A program made the translations under genes and the position numbers. From positions 3,760-67,759 of the forward strand of contig CAKPFD010000006.1 in assembly GCA_934149515.1 (NCBI GenBank): a DNA stretch of 64,000 nt, written 5' to 3'. Numbering within the stretch: the stretch's first letter is position 1; every line of letters starts with the position of its first letter. Under the pieces are notes generated by a model, which had not been told where the DNA came from, made no database searches, and was given only the letters and a program-made list of their open reading frames with translations. Below, one piece after another: positions 20,387-30,279 of this stretch. The stretch comes from an uncultured Bacilli bacterium (GTDB lineage: Bacteria > Bacillota_I > Bacilli_A > RF39 > UBA660).

Positions 20387-21862
20387 TTATTTCTTTTTAG
20401 ACTGTGGTTTCAAAGCAACAACAATCAATAAAACTCCAACAGCAATAATGATACCACCAATAGTATAAATCATTGGCATATTAAGAGAAGTATTTGGAAC
20501 AGCTATTTCTTTGGTATTTGTTACTTTTACTTCTGTTTTTGTATCTTTCTCAACGCTGAATTCATAATTAGCTTGTTCGATATTGTAATTATCTGGAACG
20601 ATTGTTTCTGTTAAAGTGTAATTACCCGTTGGTAATGTTATATCATAAGGTTGATTTGTTGTTGTAAACTTAGCAACTTGACTTCCTTTAGAATCAGTAA
20701 TCACAAAAGTAGCTCCTGCTAATGCTTTATCGGTTTGTGCATCTACTTTATGAATGGTAACAGATCCAGTTTCTAACTGATAATCTAGATGTACTGTATC
20801 TGTTATTGTTTGTTTTGTAGCAGAACCCAAAATAAAGTTATTAAATCTTACTGCTGGTTCTGGTGACGTTGGATAATAAAATGCACCATTTAAATGACGA
20901 AATATACCAGTCACCGTAGCAGACAAATTTATTTGTTGATTTTCTAATTTACTCAATAAAATACGTAAACGAAATGGTTCATTCGCTGCAAAAGATTCTT
21001 TTTTGACCTGACCAGTACTATCTACAACTTCAAGATCACTAGAATCAAGCTTTACTTGATAAGAAACTAAACCACTATCATCAGAAGAAACCTTGATATC
21101 ATTCGTTTCTAAATAATCACCAGTAATATGGTAAGTGATATCTTGTGCACTCGGAATATTTAATAGTGTTGCTGATGGCAACTGATACGCTACTGCTTTA
21201 GTAACTAAATCAACAATATCACTACCAAAGGATGTATTCTCTGTAATCATTTTCTTTTCAAGTGCAGATAAACGATTATCAAAACGATATTTACCAGAAT
21301 CATCATATCTTTCATCTACCGTTGCTTCTTGATCAATAACATCTGTTCTTGCACCAGCACCATCATCAGAAACTACTGTTACATAATTTTTATCATTTGC
21401 ATAACCATCAATGATATCTTCATACCACCAAATAGCAAGTTGCGTTAAATAATAATTTACTTTAGCATTATTTGTTTTAAAATCATTCTGATCTAAAATA
21501 TAAAGAATACCAGGATAGCGATTAAAATCAGTGGAAGTTTGTTGATATTTGCTATTATTTATCGCAACAGCTTCTCTATCCATTGCATAAGTGCTATCCA
21601 TATCTCCATTGTCACTAACCGCTTGATATTGTTTGACGAAAATGGTTTCAATTTCTTCTAAATAAGCATCTGACTCCTCCAAAGAAAATGTTTCCGGTAA
21701 TGTTTTTTCCTCTAATAATGCATAAGATGGATTTGGTATCAAAGTACTAATACTAATCACAAGAACAATAATAAAACTACAAATCACACTCATCTTTTTA
21801 ATTTGTTTCATCGCTTCTTCATATTGTACCATCATCTGTTGATCTTTACTTTTCTTCTTCAT
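20387..21862 (-). CDS. sortase-anchored surface adhesin, tandem paralog of 18835..20280
   Basis: Same architecture: YYLTQLAIWWY, GSVTIHKVDAQTDKALAGATFVI..., and VPNTS + TM + KPQSKKK. The C-terminal ~100 aa are nearly identical to the neighbour. Confidence 0.8.
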   Translation of the reverse strand: MKKKSKDQQMMVQYEEAMKQIKKMSVICSFIIVLVISISTLIPNPSYALLEEKTLPETFSLEESDAYLEEIETIFVKQYQAVSDNGDMDSTYAMDREAVAINNSKYQQTSTDFNRYPGILYILDQNDFKTNNAKVNYYLTQLAIWWYEDIIDGYANDKNYVTVVSDDGAGARTDVIDQEATVDERYDDSGKYRFDNRLSALEKKMITENTSFGSDIVDLVTKAVAYQLPSATLLNIPSAQDITYHITGDYLETNDIKVSSDDSGLVSYQVKLDSSDLEVVDSTGQVKKESFAANEPFRLRILLSKLENQQINLSATVTGIFRHLNGAFYYPTSPEPAVRFNNFILGSATKQTITDTVHLDYQLETGSVTIHKVDAQTDKALAGATFVITDSKGSQVAKFTTTNQPYDITLPTGNYTLTETIVPDNYNIEQANYEFSVEKDTKTEVKVTNTKEIAVPNTSLNMPMIYTIGGIIIAVGVLLIVVALKPQSKKK

Positions 21863-21910
21863 AACTATACCCTACCTTTATCTAGAGTATAACAAAGTAA
21901 ATCTTTAAAT

Positions 21911-23143
21911 TCAATCGATTTCAAAAATTTTTAATACATCAATAGCAAAGATAGGACGATTAGTATATAAAATTGCTAACACTTCATCCTTTTCTACTTT
22001 ATCACCAACTTGCTTTTGCAAAACAACACCAGCATCATAATCTATTTCATCATCTTTCTTAACTCTTGCAGCACCAAGTTGTAAAGCAAGTTTTGCAATT
22101 TCTAAAGCATGAATTTGATGGATGGTACCTTTTTTTTGTGATCGTAAATAATAAGCTGATGCCTGAAGTGCTAATTTATCAACCTCACCATGTTGATAAG
22201 ATACAAATTCTAAAAACTTTTGATAAGCTTTCATAGAAGTAACTGCATTAGAAGCCATTTCTTTTGCTTCTTCTAATGAAATGTTTTTAGCTTGATGAAT
22301 CATTGTACTAGCAAGTAAAAGACATTCTTCTAATAAAGGACCTTTTTCTTCATTTTTTAATACAGAAATAGCCTCTAACACTTCCACTTTATTTCCTACT
22401 GCAAATCCTAACGGTGCATCCATAGAAGAAATAATACATTGTACATCTTTTCCATAATGATTTCCAATTTTCTTTAATAAATCACAAAGTTGTAACACTT
22501 GTTTTTTATCTTGTAACAATGCACCTTCTCCTTGTTTGACATCAATTAAAATATGAGAAGAACCACTTGCAATTTTTTTACTCATGATACTAATAGCAAT
22601 TAAGGCAACAGATGACACCGTATCACTAACATCTCTTAAAGCATAAACCTTTTTATCTAATGGTGTTAAATTAGCAGTTTGACTTGTCACCACTAATGCA
22701 ATATCTTTGGCCTGTTGTTTGATAGCATCAAAAGATAAATCTACCTGCATAGAAGGAATGGACAAAAGTTTATCAATCGTACCTCCTGTATATCCAAGAC
22801 CACGTCCACTTGCTTTAATAACACCAACTCCACAACTTGCTACAATGGGACCAACAATTAGCGTAGTTTTATCACCCACACCACCTGTAGAATGTTTATC
22901 AGCAACTGGTAGATTCATAAAGCTAAGATCAATCTCTTCACCACTTTTAATAAAAATATCAACACTATCAAATACCTCTTGATCACTCATTCCTTGAATA
23001 CAAACTGCCATTAAGAAAGCACTCATCTGATAATCAGGTACTTCATCTTTTAAATAACCATTAAAAATAGTAGCTAATTCATCTTTCGTAAGTTCTTTTC
23101 CCAATCGTTTTTTATCTATAATATCTAGTATCATTCTTCCCAC
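21911..23143 (-). CDS. pdp: pyrimidine-nucleoside (thymidine) phosphorylase
   Basis: DIIDKKRLGKELT, PDYQMSAFLMA and DKHSTGGVGDKT motifs. Confidence 0.9.
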   Translation of the reverse strand: MGRMILDIIDKKRLGKELTKDELATIFNGYLKDEVPDYQMSAFLMAVCIQGMSDQEVFDSVDIFIKSGEEIDLSFMNLPVADKHSTGGVGDKTTLIVGPIVASCGVGVIKASGRGLGYTGGTIDKLLSIPSMQVDLSFDAIKQQAKDIALVVTSQTANLTPLDKKVYALRDVSDTVSSVALIAISIMSKKIASGSSHILIDVKQGEGALLQDKKQVLQLCDLLKKIGNHYGKDVQCIISSMDAPLGFAVGNKVEVLEAISVLKNEEKGPLLEECLLLASTMIHQAKNISLEEAKEMASNAVTSMKAYQKFLEFVSYQHGEVDKLALQASAYYLRSQKKGTIHQIHALEIAKLALQLGAARVKKDDEIDYDAGVVLQKQVGDKVEKDEVLAILYTNRPIFAIDVLKIFEID

Positions 23144-23150
23144 TCCCTTA

Positions 23151-23504
23151 TTATTTTATCGTTTCTTTTAATAACTTGAAAAATGCTTCTTGATCTTCTA
23201 ATAACAATGTATATAGTTTTTCATCTTGTCTTATCTTTTTTAATAATGCAACTTCTTCATTACAAACATACATCTTTCTATTTTTATTTTTCTTCACAGC
23301 AACTAACTTATCTTGTCCTAATAATTCATCCAAACCAACTTGAAATACTTCACAAAGATCTAATAAAGTATCGAGTGTCGGTGTTCTATTACCATTTTCA
23401 TAACAACAAATACTTACCTTTGTCACATGAATTCTATCTCCTAATTCTTGTTGCGTCAAATCATGTTGTAATCGTATTTTTTTTAATCTTTTTCCAAATA
23501 ACAT
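23151..23504 (-). CDS. XRE-family HTH regulator
   Basis: Likely start MLFGKRLKKIRLQHDLTQQELG. HTH_3 motif. Confidence 0.75.
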   Translation of the reverse strand: MLFGKRLKKIRLQHDLTQQELGDRIHVTKVSICCYENGNRTPTLDTLLDLCEVFQVGLDELLGQDKLVAVKKNKNRKMYVCNEEVALLKKIRQDEKLYTLLLEDQEAFFKLLKETIK

Positions 23505-23575
23505 ATCTATCACCTCTACTATAATAGTATAAAGGTTGAAATACGTTTTGTCTATAATTAACAAGAAAGTAACTA

Positions 23576-23953
23576 TTAAGAAGTTATTTCTTCATTATCT
23601 TTTTCTTCTACTACTTCTTTTTCTAGTTCTTTTTTCGTATTAGAAGATAAAAACGTCAATCGTTCTGCTACCACTTCTAACACATAACGATTTCCATCTG
23701 GGGTTTCACAAAGCCTAGACTGCAATCTTCCTCTAACGCCAATAACATCCCCTTTATGACAATAACTAGACGCTATTTTTGCTTTTTCTTCCCACAAAAT
23801 ACATGGAATAAAATCTGTTTCATAAACACCTTCCATATTTTTAAAAGATCTTGGAATTGCTAAACAAATCCTTCCCATCTGTCGCCCATTAGCTGTTTGA
23901 TATACTTCAATATCACGAGCAAGTCTTCCTACTAAAATTAAATTATTTAACAT
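23576..23953 (-). CDS. ssb: single-stranded DNA-binding protein, short SsbB-like form
   Basis: OB-fold N-terminus MLNNLILVGRLARDIEVYQTANG. 125 aa. The C-terminus ...EEKDNEEITS lacks the DD(I/F)PF tip. Confidence 0.75.
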   Translation of the reverse strand: MLNNLILVGRLARDIEVYQTANGRQMGRICLAIPRSFKNMEGVYETDFIPCILWEEKAKIASSYCHKGDVIGVRGRLQSRLCETPDGNRYVLEVVAERLTFLSSNTKKELEKEVVEEKDNEEITS

Positions 23954-23991
23954 TACATTTCCTCCTTTGTTTGCCTAAGAATGTAACATAA

Positions 23992-24045
23992 CAAAAAAAA
24001 GAAAGCAAAAGACCGATTTACAAAAATCAGTCAATTTTTGCTTTC
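23992..24045 (-). terminator. intrinsic terminator after sufB
   Basis: aaagcaaaa/ttttgcttt outer stem plus inner pairing, followed on the minus strand by a 9-nt T-run. Confidence 0.65.
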
Positions 24046-24102
24046 AAAATAATAAATTAAAGCTAAGAAAAACTCTCAAAGTGAAAGAAAAAACAATAGA
24101 AT

Positions 24103-25413
24103 TTACAAATTTCTTTTTAACAATTGATTTAATTCAACGGCATATTCCATTGGTAATTCTTCCTTAAAAGCATCAATAAAACCTAAAATAATAAGTTCTT
24201 CTGCTTTTTCTTTAGAAATTCCCTTACTCATTAAATAAAATAAATTTTCATCACTAATCTTAGAAACTGTTGCTTCATGTTCAATAACACCATTATCCAC
24301 TTCACAAATATTAGTAGGAATCGTATCACTTTTACTTTTTTCATCTAAGATAAGGCTATCACATTTCACCATGCTAGAAGCAAAACTAGCACTAGGAGCA
24401 ATTCGTACTTTTCCACGATAAGTAGCATTACCACCACTTCTTGCAATACTTTTAGAAATAATTTTACTCGTTGTATGAGGACCCAAATGAATCATTCTAG
24501 CACCTGTATCTTGTTGTTGATCATGTGTTGCAACACTAATCGTAATACAAGTTCCAGAAGATCTAGCACCTTTTAATATACAGCTAGGATACTTCATCGT
24601 TACACAACTACCAATATTACCATCTATCCATTCCATGGTACCATCTTCTTCAACAAGTGCACGTTTGGTAACAAGGTTATACACATTCGTCGCCCAGTTT
24701 TGAATCGTTGTATAGCGACATTTACTTCCCTTTCCAACATAAATTTCTACAACCGCAGCATGCAAAGAAGCATCACTATAACTAGGAGCAGTACAACCTT
24801 CTATATAATGTAATTCACTATCATCATCTACAATGATTAACGTTCTTTCAAACTGCCCCATACTTTTACTATTAATACGGAAATAACTCTGTAAAGGTCT
24901 ATCTAATTTTGTATGAGGTGGAATATAAATAAAACTACCACCACTAAATACACTACTATTTAATGCTGCATAACGATTTTCCTGAAAAGAGACAATTTTA
25001 CCAAAATATTTCCTAGCAATAGAAGGATATTTCTTCAAAGCTATTTCAATCGATGTAAAAATAACATGTTTCTTCTCTAATTCTTCCAACATGTTATGAT
25101 AAATAACTTCACTCTCATACTGAATTCCCATTCCACCAAGATGTTGTTCTGCTTCTTTGACACCAAGAGATTCTAGTTCATTTCGAACTGGTTTTAACAT
25201 CTGATTCCAATCATCTACCATCTTTTCATCTTGAGATTTATAATAAGTAATCGTATTTAAATCAAGAGAAAAACTAGGTCCAAATGGTAGTTGCTCCCTC
25301 ATACTAGTAAAAGCCTCAAAAGCTTTCGTTCGATAATCTAAAACCCAATCATCTTCTTTTTTATATTGAGAAATCTTTACAATATTTTCTTTTGATAATC
25401 CTTTTATATCCAT
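24103..25413 (-). CDS. sufB: Fe-S cluster assembly protein SufB
   Basis: Family-typical GGMGIQYESEV and HLGPHTTSKIISKSIARSGG.ATYRGKV. Last gene of the suf operon. Confidence 0.9.
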   Translation of the reverse strand: MDIKGLSKENIVKISQYKKEDDWVLDYRTKAFEAFTSMREQLPFGPSFSLDLNTITYYKSQDEKMVDDWNQMLKPVRNELESLGVKEAEQHLGGMGIQYESEVIYHNMLEELEKKHVIFTSIEIALKKYPSIARKYFGKIVSFQENRYAALNSSVFSGGSFIYIPPHTKLDRPLQSYFRINSKSMGQFERTLIIVDDDSELHYIEGCTAPSYSDASLHAAVVEIYVGKGSKCRYTTIQNWATNVYNLVTKRALVEEDGTMEWIDGNIGSCVTMKYPSCILKGARSSGTCITISVATHDQQQDTGARMIHLGPHTTSKIISKSIARSGGNATYRGKVRIAPSASFASSMVKCDSLILDEKSKSDTIPTNICEVDNGVIEHEATVSKISDENLFYLMSKGISKEKAEELIILGFIDAFKEELPMEYAVELNQLLKRNL

Positions 25414-25853
25414 TAAGACACCTCTTTTAAAGAAGTTAATTGACTAAAAATTTTATCAATTGTATCTTTTGGTAACAAAGCACATTTTTTACGATTGGGT
25501 TGTAGATAAATTTGATCATACGCAAGTAATTCTTCTAATATATTTTTATCATAAGGTTCTTCATTGATCATAGCTGTATAGTTTTCTAATATTTTTTTCA
25601 CTTCATCGATTGTTTTACCAATTAATTTTCGCATAAAAATAGAGGTTGCAGAAGTAGAAATAGCACAAGCTTCTCCATCAAAATTAGCATCTATTATTTT
25701 TCCATTTTCTATTTTTAGTTGAATATCAATATTATCAATACAAGATTCATTGTTGGTATTTGCCATGTAATAGGTATCATCTTCTTTTAAACCTTTATGA
25801 TATGGGTGTTGATAATTATCAATAATAATTTCTCTACTTAATTCTTTGTCCAT
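25413..25853 (-). CDS. sufU: Fe-S scaffold / sulfur acceptor SufU (IscU-like)
   Basis: NYQHPYHKG, C.DNI...GEACAISTSATS motifs. 1-nt overlap with the sufB start. Confidence 0.88.
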   Translation of the reverse strand: MDKELSREIIIDNYQHPYHKGLKEDDTYYMANTNNESCIDNIDIQLKIENGKIIDANFDGEACAISTSATSIFMRKLIGKTIDEVKKILENYTAMINEEPYDKNILEELLAYDQIYLQPNRKKCALLPKDTIDKIFSQLTSLKEVS

Positions 25854-25867
25854 TTCTTTCTCATCCC

Positions 25868-27067
25868 CTACAATACTATTTTATATAATTCATCACTTTT
25901 CTTTAGTACTTTAATCAATTCATCAATTTCTTCTTTTGTATTATAAAAGTAAAAACTAATACGACAAGTATTTTTTATATTAATTTCATCTTTTAATACT
26001 TTTGCACAGTGATTACCAGCTCGAACACAAATATGATAATGATCAAGATAAATTGCACTATCTTGACTGAAAACGCCTTGAATGTTAAACGCTAAGATAC
26101 CGCTTTTGCTTGTTTTGTTATATAGGATAATATGATCAAGTGTTTCTAATTGTTCTAACAAATATGTCTTTAATTCTTTTTCATAAGCTGCTATTTTTTC
26201 CATTCCTATTTTTTCTAAATATAAAACAGCATGCTTCAAACCAATAACTTCTGCAATCGGTGGTGTTCCGGCTTCTAATCTTGTCGGAATACTTTTATAC
26301 TCTACTTCTCCTGTTTCTTCAAAGGATTGATTCATTCCCCCACCAAAACTAAGTGGTCGCATCGCTTCTAAATATTTTTCTTTCGCATATAGCACTCCAA
26401 CACCAGTTGGTCCTAGCATTTTATGAGATGAAAAAGCAAGAAAATCGATATTGTCTTTTTGAACATCAGTTACATCATGAGCAACACTTTGTGCACCATC
26501 TACTACAAATAATATATTATTTTCTTGACACAACTTACCAATCTCATGAATCGGACGAATATCACCGACGACATTTGTAATCGCAGCAATGGAAATAACT
26601 TTTGTATTATCATGAATACAAGCAGAAACTGTATCAATAGATAATTCATGATTTTCATCAAGTGGTATAAAATGTACTTGAATATTTTTTCTTTTAGCAA
26701 GTTCCAACCAAGGAATAACATTAGAAGCATGTTCAGCTTTTGTTAATAACACTTCATCCCCATCATTTAAATAATCTTCCATAAAACCAAAAACAATTTT
26801 ATTTAATCCATCCGTTGCTCCTGCTGTAAAAACAATTTCTTTGGCACTTTTGGCATGAATAAATCTTGCAACCACATCTCTTGTTTGTTCATATTCATCA
26901 CTTGCTTTTAAAGAAATTTGATAATCTCCTCGATGAATATTTGCACCATATTGATAATAATATTCATTCATCGCTTCAACGACTTGTTTTGGTTTTAAAG
27001 ATGTTGCACCATTATCAAAATAAATAACTCCTGTATCTAAAATAGGAAAATCATCTCTATTCACCAT
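25868..27067 (-). CDS. sufS: cysteine desulfurase SufS
   Basis: Class-V aminotransferase. SSHKMLGPTGVGVLY (PLP lysine) and RAGNHCA active-site Cys loop. Confidence 0.92.
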   Translation of the reverse strand: MVNRDDFPILDTGVIYFDNGATSLKPKQVVEAMNEYYYQYGANIHRGDYQISLKASDEYEQTRDVVARFIHAKSAKEIVFTAGATDGLNKIVFGFMEDYLNDGDEVLLTKAEHASNVIPWLELAKRKNIQVHFIPLDENHELSIDTVSACIHDNTKVISIAAITNVVGDIRPIHEIGKLCQENNILFVVDGAQSVAHDVTDVQKDNIDFLAFSSHKMLGPTGVGVLYAKEKYLEAMRPLSFGGGMNQSFEETGEVEYKSIPTRLEAGTPPIAEVIGLKHAVLYLEKIGMEKIAAYEKELKTYLLEQLETLDHIILYNKTSKSGILAFNIQGVFSQDSAIYLDHYHICVRAGNHCAKVLKDEINIKNTCRISFYFYNTKEEIDELIKVLKKSDELYKIVL

Positions 27068-27077
27068 TATTCACCTC

Positions 27078-27743
27078 CTAATTAAAAATCTTAAACATCA
27101 ATGCCTGTATTTTCTCTTGATAAGCCTTATGATTACTCTTTTGATAGAAAAAGTATGTTAATAACAATCGCTCTATCACATCAATGGATAAACCTTTTGT
27201 TTGTAAATAAAAGATAAGTTCATCTTTAAAAGGTCCAATATATGCTGCATGATTTGCAATAACATCATATTCTTCTATAAATAAATTAGGTTCTATTTTA
27301 CCTTTTGCTTGACCAAGTGTCACAATTTGACTAACTTGATTACAAGTACAAGAAGAAATTCCTTTCGGTACAACACCATTCACTTGAAATTCTAAATTAC
27401 CATTTTGATAACTAATCCCATGACAACTAACCATACTTTGACTATGTTTTCCATCATGATAAACATTAATCTTGCAAGTAGTATTAGTATCTGTCATCGT
27501 ATTAAAATAGGCTTCTAGGTTTGCTTTTTCACTCAAATGAACACAACAATTAAATTCCTGATTAAAACTAATCACATGTAAAATCAAAGATGCAGAACAT
27601 TCTATATCAAGACAAATGTTTTTCTCAATAGAAAGATAAATTTCACTAGCACTTGCAATAGATAAAAATGTATCTTCCTTTAAAGATAGAAATGTATCTT
27701 TTGTATCTTGTTGTAATGGATTATCTATTACTAGTTTATTCAT
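27078..27743 (-). CDS. sufD: SufD-like Fe-S assembly protein (short form, 221 aa)
   Basis: Sits between sufC and sufS. C-terminal SufB/D-type segment ANHAAYIGPFKDELIFYLQTKGLS. About half the length I expect for SufD. Confidence 0.65.
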   Translation of the reverse strand: MNKLVIDNPLQQDTKDTFLSLKEDTFLSIASASEIYLSIEKNICLDIECSASLILHVISFNQEFNCCVHLSEKANLEAYFNTMTDTNTTCKINVYHDGKHSQSMVSCHGISYQNGNLEFQVNGVVPKGISSCTCNQVSQIVTLGQAKGKIEPNLFIEEYDVIANHAAYIGPFKDELIFYLQTKGLSIDVIERLLLTYFFYQKSNHKAYQEKIQALMFKIFN

Positions 27744-28510
27744 GCTTGCCCCTTCTCACTTACTTCATTTACCCCATGATAGCCTTCTTTTTCAATCTCT
27801 TTTGCTAAAGTCATATCACCAGTTTTAACAATTGTACCATTCATCATTTGATGAACATAATCAGGATGAATCAAATCTAAAATACGACTATAATGAGTAA
27901 TAATCAACACACTAGTATCAGGATAAGTTTGTAAATAATCATTCAAATTTTGACAAACAACTTTCAAACTATCTACATCAAGACCACTATCTAACTCATC
28001 TAAAAGAATAAATGATGGTTTTAACATTTTTAATTGCAACACTTCATTTTTCTTTTTCTCACCACCAGAAAAACCTTGATTAACAAAACGATGCATCATA
28101 TCAGCAGGCATTTTCAAATTGGTCATTTCTTGCTTCATTTCTTGAATAAATTGATATAAATTAACTGGTTCTTCTTTTCTTGCATTTAATGCCATCTTAA
28201 TGCATTCACTATTTCTAACTCCATCTATAACAACAGGATCTTGCATTAATAAAAAAATACCCAATCTTGCTATTTCATCTGTTGATAATTTTTCTAAATC
28301 AGTCCCTTGATAAGTCATACTACCAGATAACACTTCATAATCTTTATGATGTAATAATACTTTTGATAAGGTACTTTTCCCAACACCATTTGGACCCATA
28401 ATGGCATGAATCTCTCCAGGTTTGATCGTCAAAGAAAAATGATTCAATACCACTTTTTTAGAAGCTTTAATACTAGCTGTTATATCTTTTATTTCTAACA
28501 TATTTATCAC
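27740..28510 (-). CDS. sufC: Fe-S assembly ATPase SufC
   Basis: Walker A GPNGVGKST, signature FSGGEKKK, Walker B ILLDELDSGLD. Confidence 0.92.
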   Translation of the reverse strand: MINMLEIKDITASIKASKKVVLNHFSLTIKPGEIHAIMGPNGVGKSTLSKVLLHHKDYEVLSGSMTYQGTDLEKLSTDEIARLGIFLLMQDPVVIDGVRNSECIKMALNARKEEPVNLYQFIQEMKQEMTNLKMPADMMHRFVNQGFSGGEKKKNEVLQLKMLKPSFILLDELDSGLDVDSLKVVCQNLNDYLQTYPDTSVLIITHYSRILDLIHPDYVHQMMNGTIVKTGDMTLAKEIEKEGYHGVNEVSEKGQA

Positions 28511-28636
28511 CTTTTTCTAACTATACATGATTCTTTGTAATTTTTTTGTCAAATAATCAACGAAAAATCACTCATAGTATAACACACAATTGCTTTATCG
28601 ACAATGATTAGATTATAATAAGGTTGGTGAAGCAAT

Positions 28637-29203
28637 ATGATAAATCATAAAAAATTAATGTTAGAACAAGCCTTACTTATCATGGTAAGTGTTTTATCTT
28701 TTTATATCATCATAACAAACAAATTAGGAAATATATTTTTCTATCCTTCTGTTAAAGGAAAAATGAATACTTACTATCAACAAAACTATCAAGAATTAAC
28801 AAAAGGAAATATTATTTATCACGCCAAAGACAGAATGTACACTATGAATGTATCTGATCCTAAAAATGAAAATCACGCCTTTCAAATTATCTATCATAAA
28901 AAAAAGATAACAGATACCTATCAACAAGACTATATAGAAGGAAATTCTTTTTTAAAATCACTAGAAAAGAAAATAAAGAAAGAATGGGATAACGTCTTCC
29001 AAGATACAGAATTAACTTCTTGTAAAATAACTTTTCAAAAATTAAATACCTACCAAAAACAAGAACAAAATTTATTATTAACCACCAAAAATCCCAAAGA
29101 AACAAAACTCTATCAAGTAACTTGTCCAAATCAAAATCAAAGCATGGTAAGAAAATTAGCAGAAGAAAATCATTTCTATTATCAAAATGTATCAAATCAA
29201 TGA
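28637..29203 (+). CDS. hypothetical membrane-anchored protein
   Basis: N-terminal TM. No recognised domain. Confidence 0.5.
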   Translation: MINHKKLMLEQALLIMVSVLSFYIIITNKLGNIFFYPSVKGKMNTYYQQNYQELTKGNIIYHAKDRMYTMNVSDPKNENHAFQIIYHKKKITDTYQQDYIEGNSFLKSLEKKIKKEWDNVFQDTELTSCKITFQKLNTYQKQEQNLLLTTKNPKETKLYQVTCPNQNQSMVRKLAEENHFYYQNVSNQ

Positions 29204-29229
29204 TATAATGAAAACTAGGAGGAAAGAAT

Positions 29230-29622
29230 ATGGAAGAATGCTTATTTTGTAAAATTATTAACAAGCAAATACCAGCAAAAACAGTTTATGAAGATGAAAA
29301 AGTATTAGTATTTTTAGATATCAATCCTGTCTCAGATGGTCATTTGTTAATCATCCCTAAAAAGCATGTAAAAAATGTATTAGAATTACCAAAAGATCTT
29401 GCTGCTGATATGGTAGAAATTATTCAAACAAAGATTTATCCATTATTAAAAGATAAATTACAAATAGATGGAATGACAGTAATTCAAAATAATGAATATG
29501 GCCAAGAAGTTCCACATTACCACATTCATATCATTCCACGTTATCAAGAAGATGGTATCAAAACAGTAAGAAAACAACAGCTACTATCAATTGATGAAAT
29601 TGAAAAAAAACTAACATCGTAA
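29230..29622 (+). CDS. HIT-family (histidine triad) nucleotide hydrolase
   Basis: CLFCKII N-terminus and HYHIHIIP histidine triad. RBS AGGAGG. Confidence 0.92.
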   Translation: MEECLFCKIINKQIPAKTVYEDEKVLVFLDINPVSDGHLLIIPKKHVKNVLELPKDLAADMVEIIQTKIYPLLKDKLQIDGMTVIQNNEYGQEVPHYHIHIIPRYQEDGIKTVRKQQLLSIDEIEKKLTS

Positions 29623-29653
29623 AACAAAGAAAGCCTCTATTCGTTGAGACTTT

Positions 29654-30265
29654 TTATGTTTTTAGTAAATGATAGGTTATCATTCGTTCTAATTCACCTT
29701 TTAAAATAGCAACAGCTCTTTGATTTTGATACCAACTGTTCTTTGGTAATAAGGTTGCATAACTAACAACCGGAAAAACTTCATATGCAAGCTGATGTTT
29801 TTTCATATAAGAAGAACAAGTTAAAATTGCTCGTGGCATATGATTGGCACTTGTTACTAACACAATAGAAGAATAAGAAGTCGTTTTTAAAATATGAAAT
29901 GTTTCTTCAAAGTTTTGATAAGTGTTATGGGATTTTTGCTCTAACAAAATATCTTCTTCTCTAACTCCATGTGTAACCGCATAAATATAATATTTTTCAG
30001 CTTCCATCAACTGATCTTTTTCTAAATAATTATTACCACTAATCAAAATAGGAACTCGTTTTTGCTGATATAATTCAATGGCTTTTTGTATTCTATTAAT
30101 AGAACTACTACAAAGGACAACAATCACATCAAAAGAAGCTGGTACAATATTATCATAAGAAAAGAAAATAGCTTGCAATCGATCAATTGTTGATTGTTCT
30201 AATGGATACTGACATTTTTCTATTAATTGTAACACTTCATCTTTTTCTAACTTCAAATATATCAC
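29654..30265 (-). CDS. DUF218 (YdcF/ElyC/SanA-like) protein
   Basis: Pattern VVLCSSS...ISGNN...E...Y...GV....I..E..S.NT.EN...LVTSANHMPRA is typical of DUF218. Confidence 0.7.
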   Translation of the reverse strand: MIYLKLEKDEVLQLIEKCQYPLEQSTIDRLQAIFFSYDNIVPASFDVIVVLCSSSINRIQKAIELYQQKRVPILISGNNYLEKDQLMEAEKYYIYAVTHGVREEDILLEQKSHNTYQNFEETFHILKTTSYSSIVLVTSANHMPRAILTCSSYMKKHQLAYEVFPVVSYATLLPKNSWYQNQRAVAILKGELERMITYHLLKT

Positions 30266-30279
30266 CTATGATTATCATA

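Noticed and set aside
26353-26730. 75-aa ORFs on both strands inside sufS
   Set aside because: They are embedded in an intact sufS and have no independent signals.
28887-29264. 125-aa minus-strand ORF overlapping 28637..29203 and the HIT gene start
   Set aside because: It is antisense to two plus-strand genes that have good RBSs, and its translation is low-complexity.
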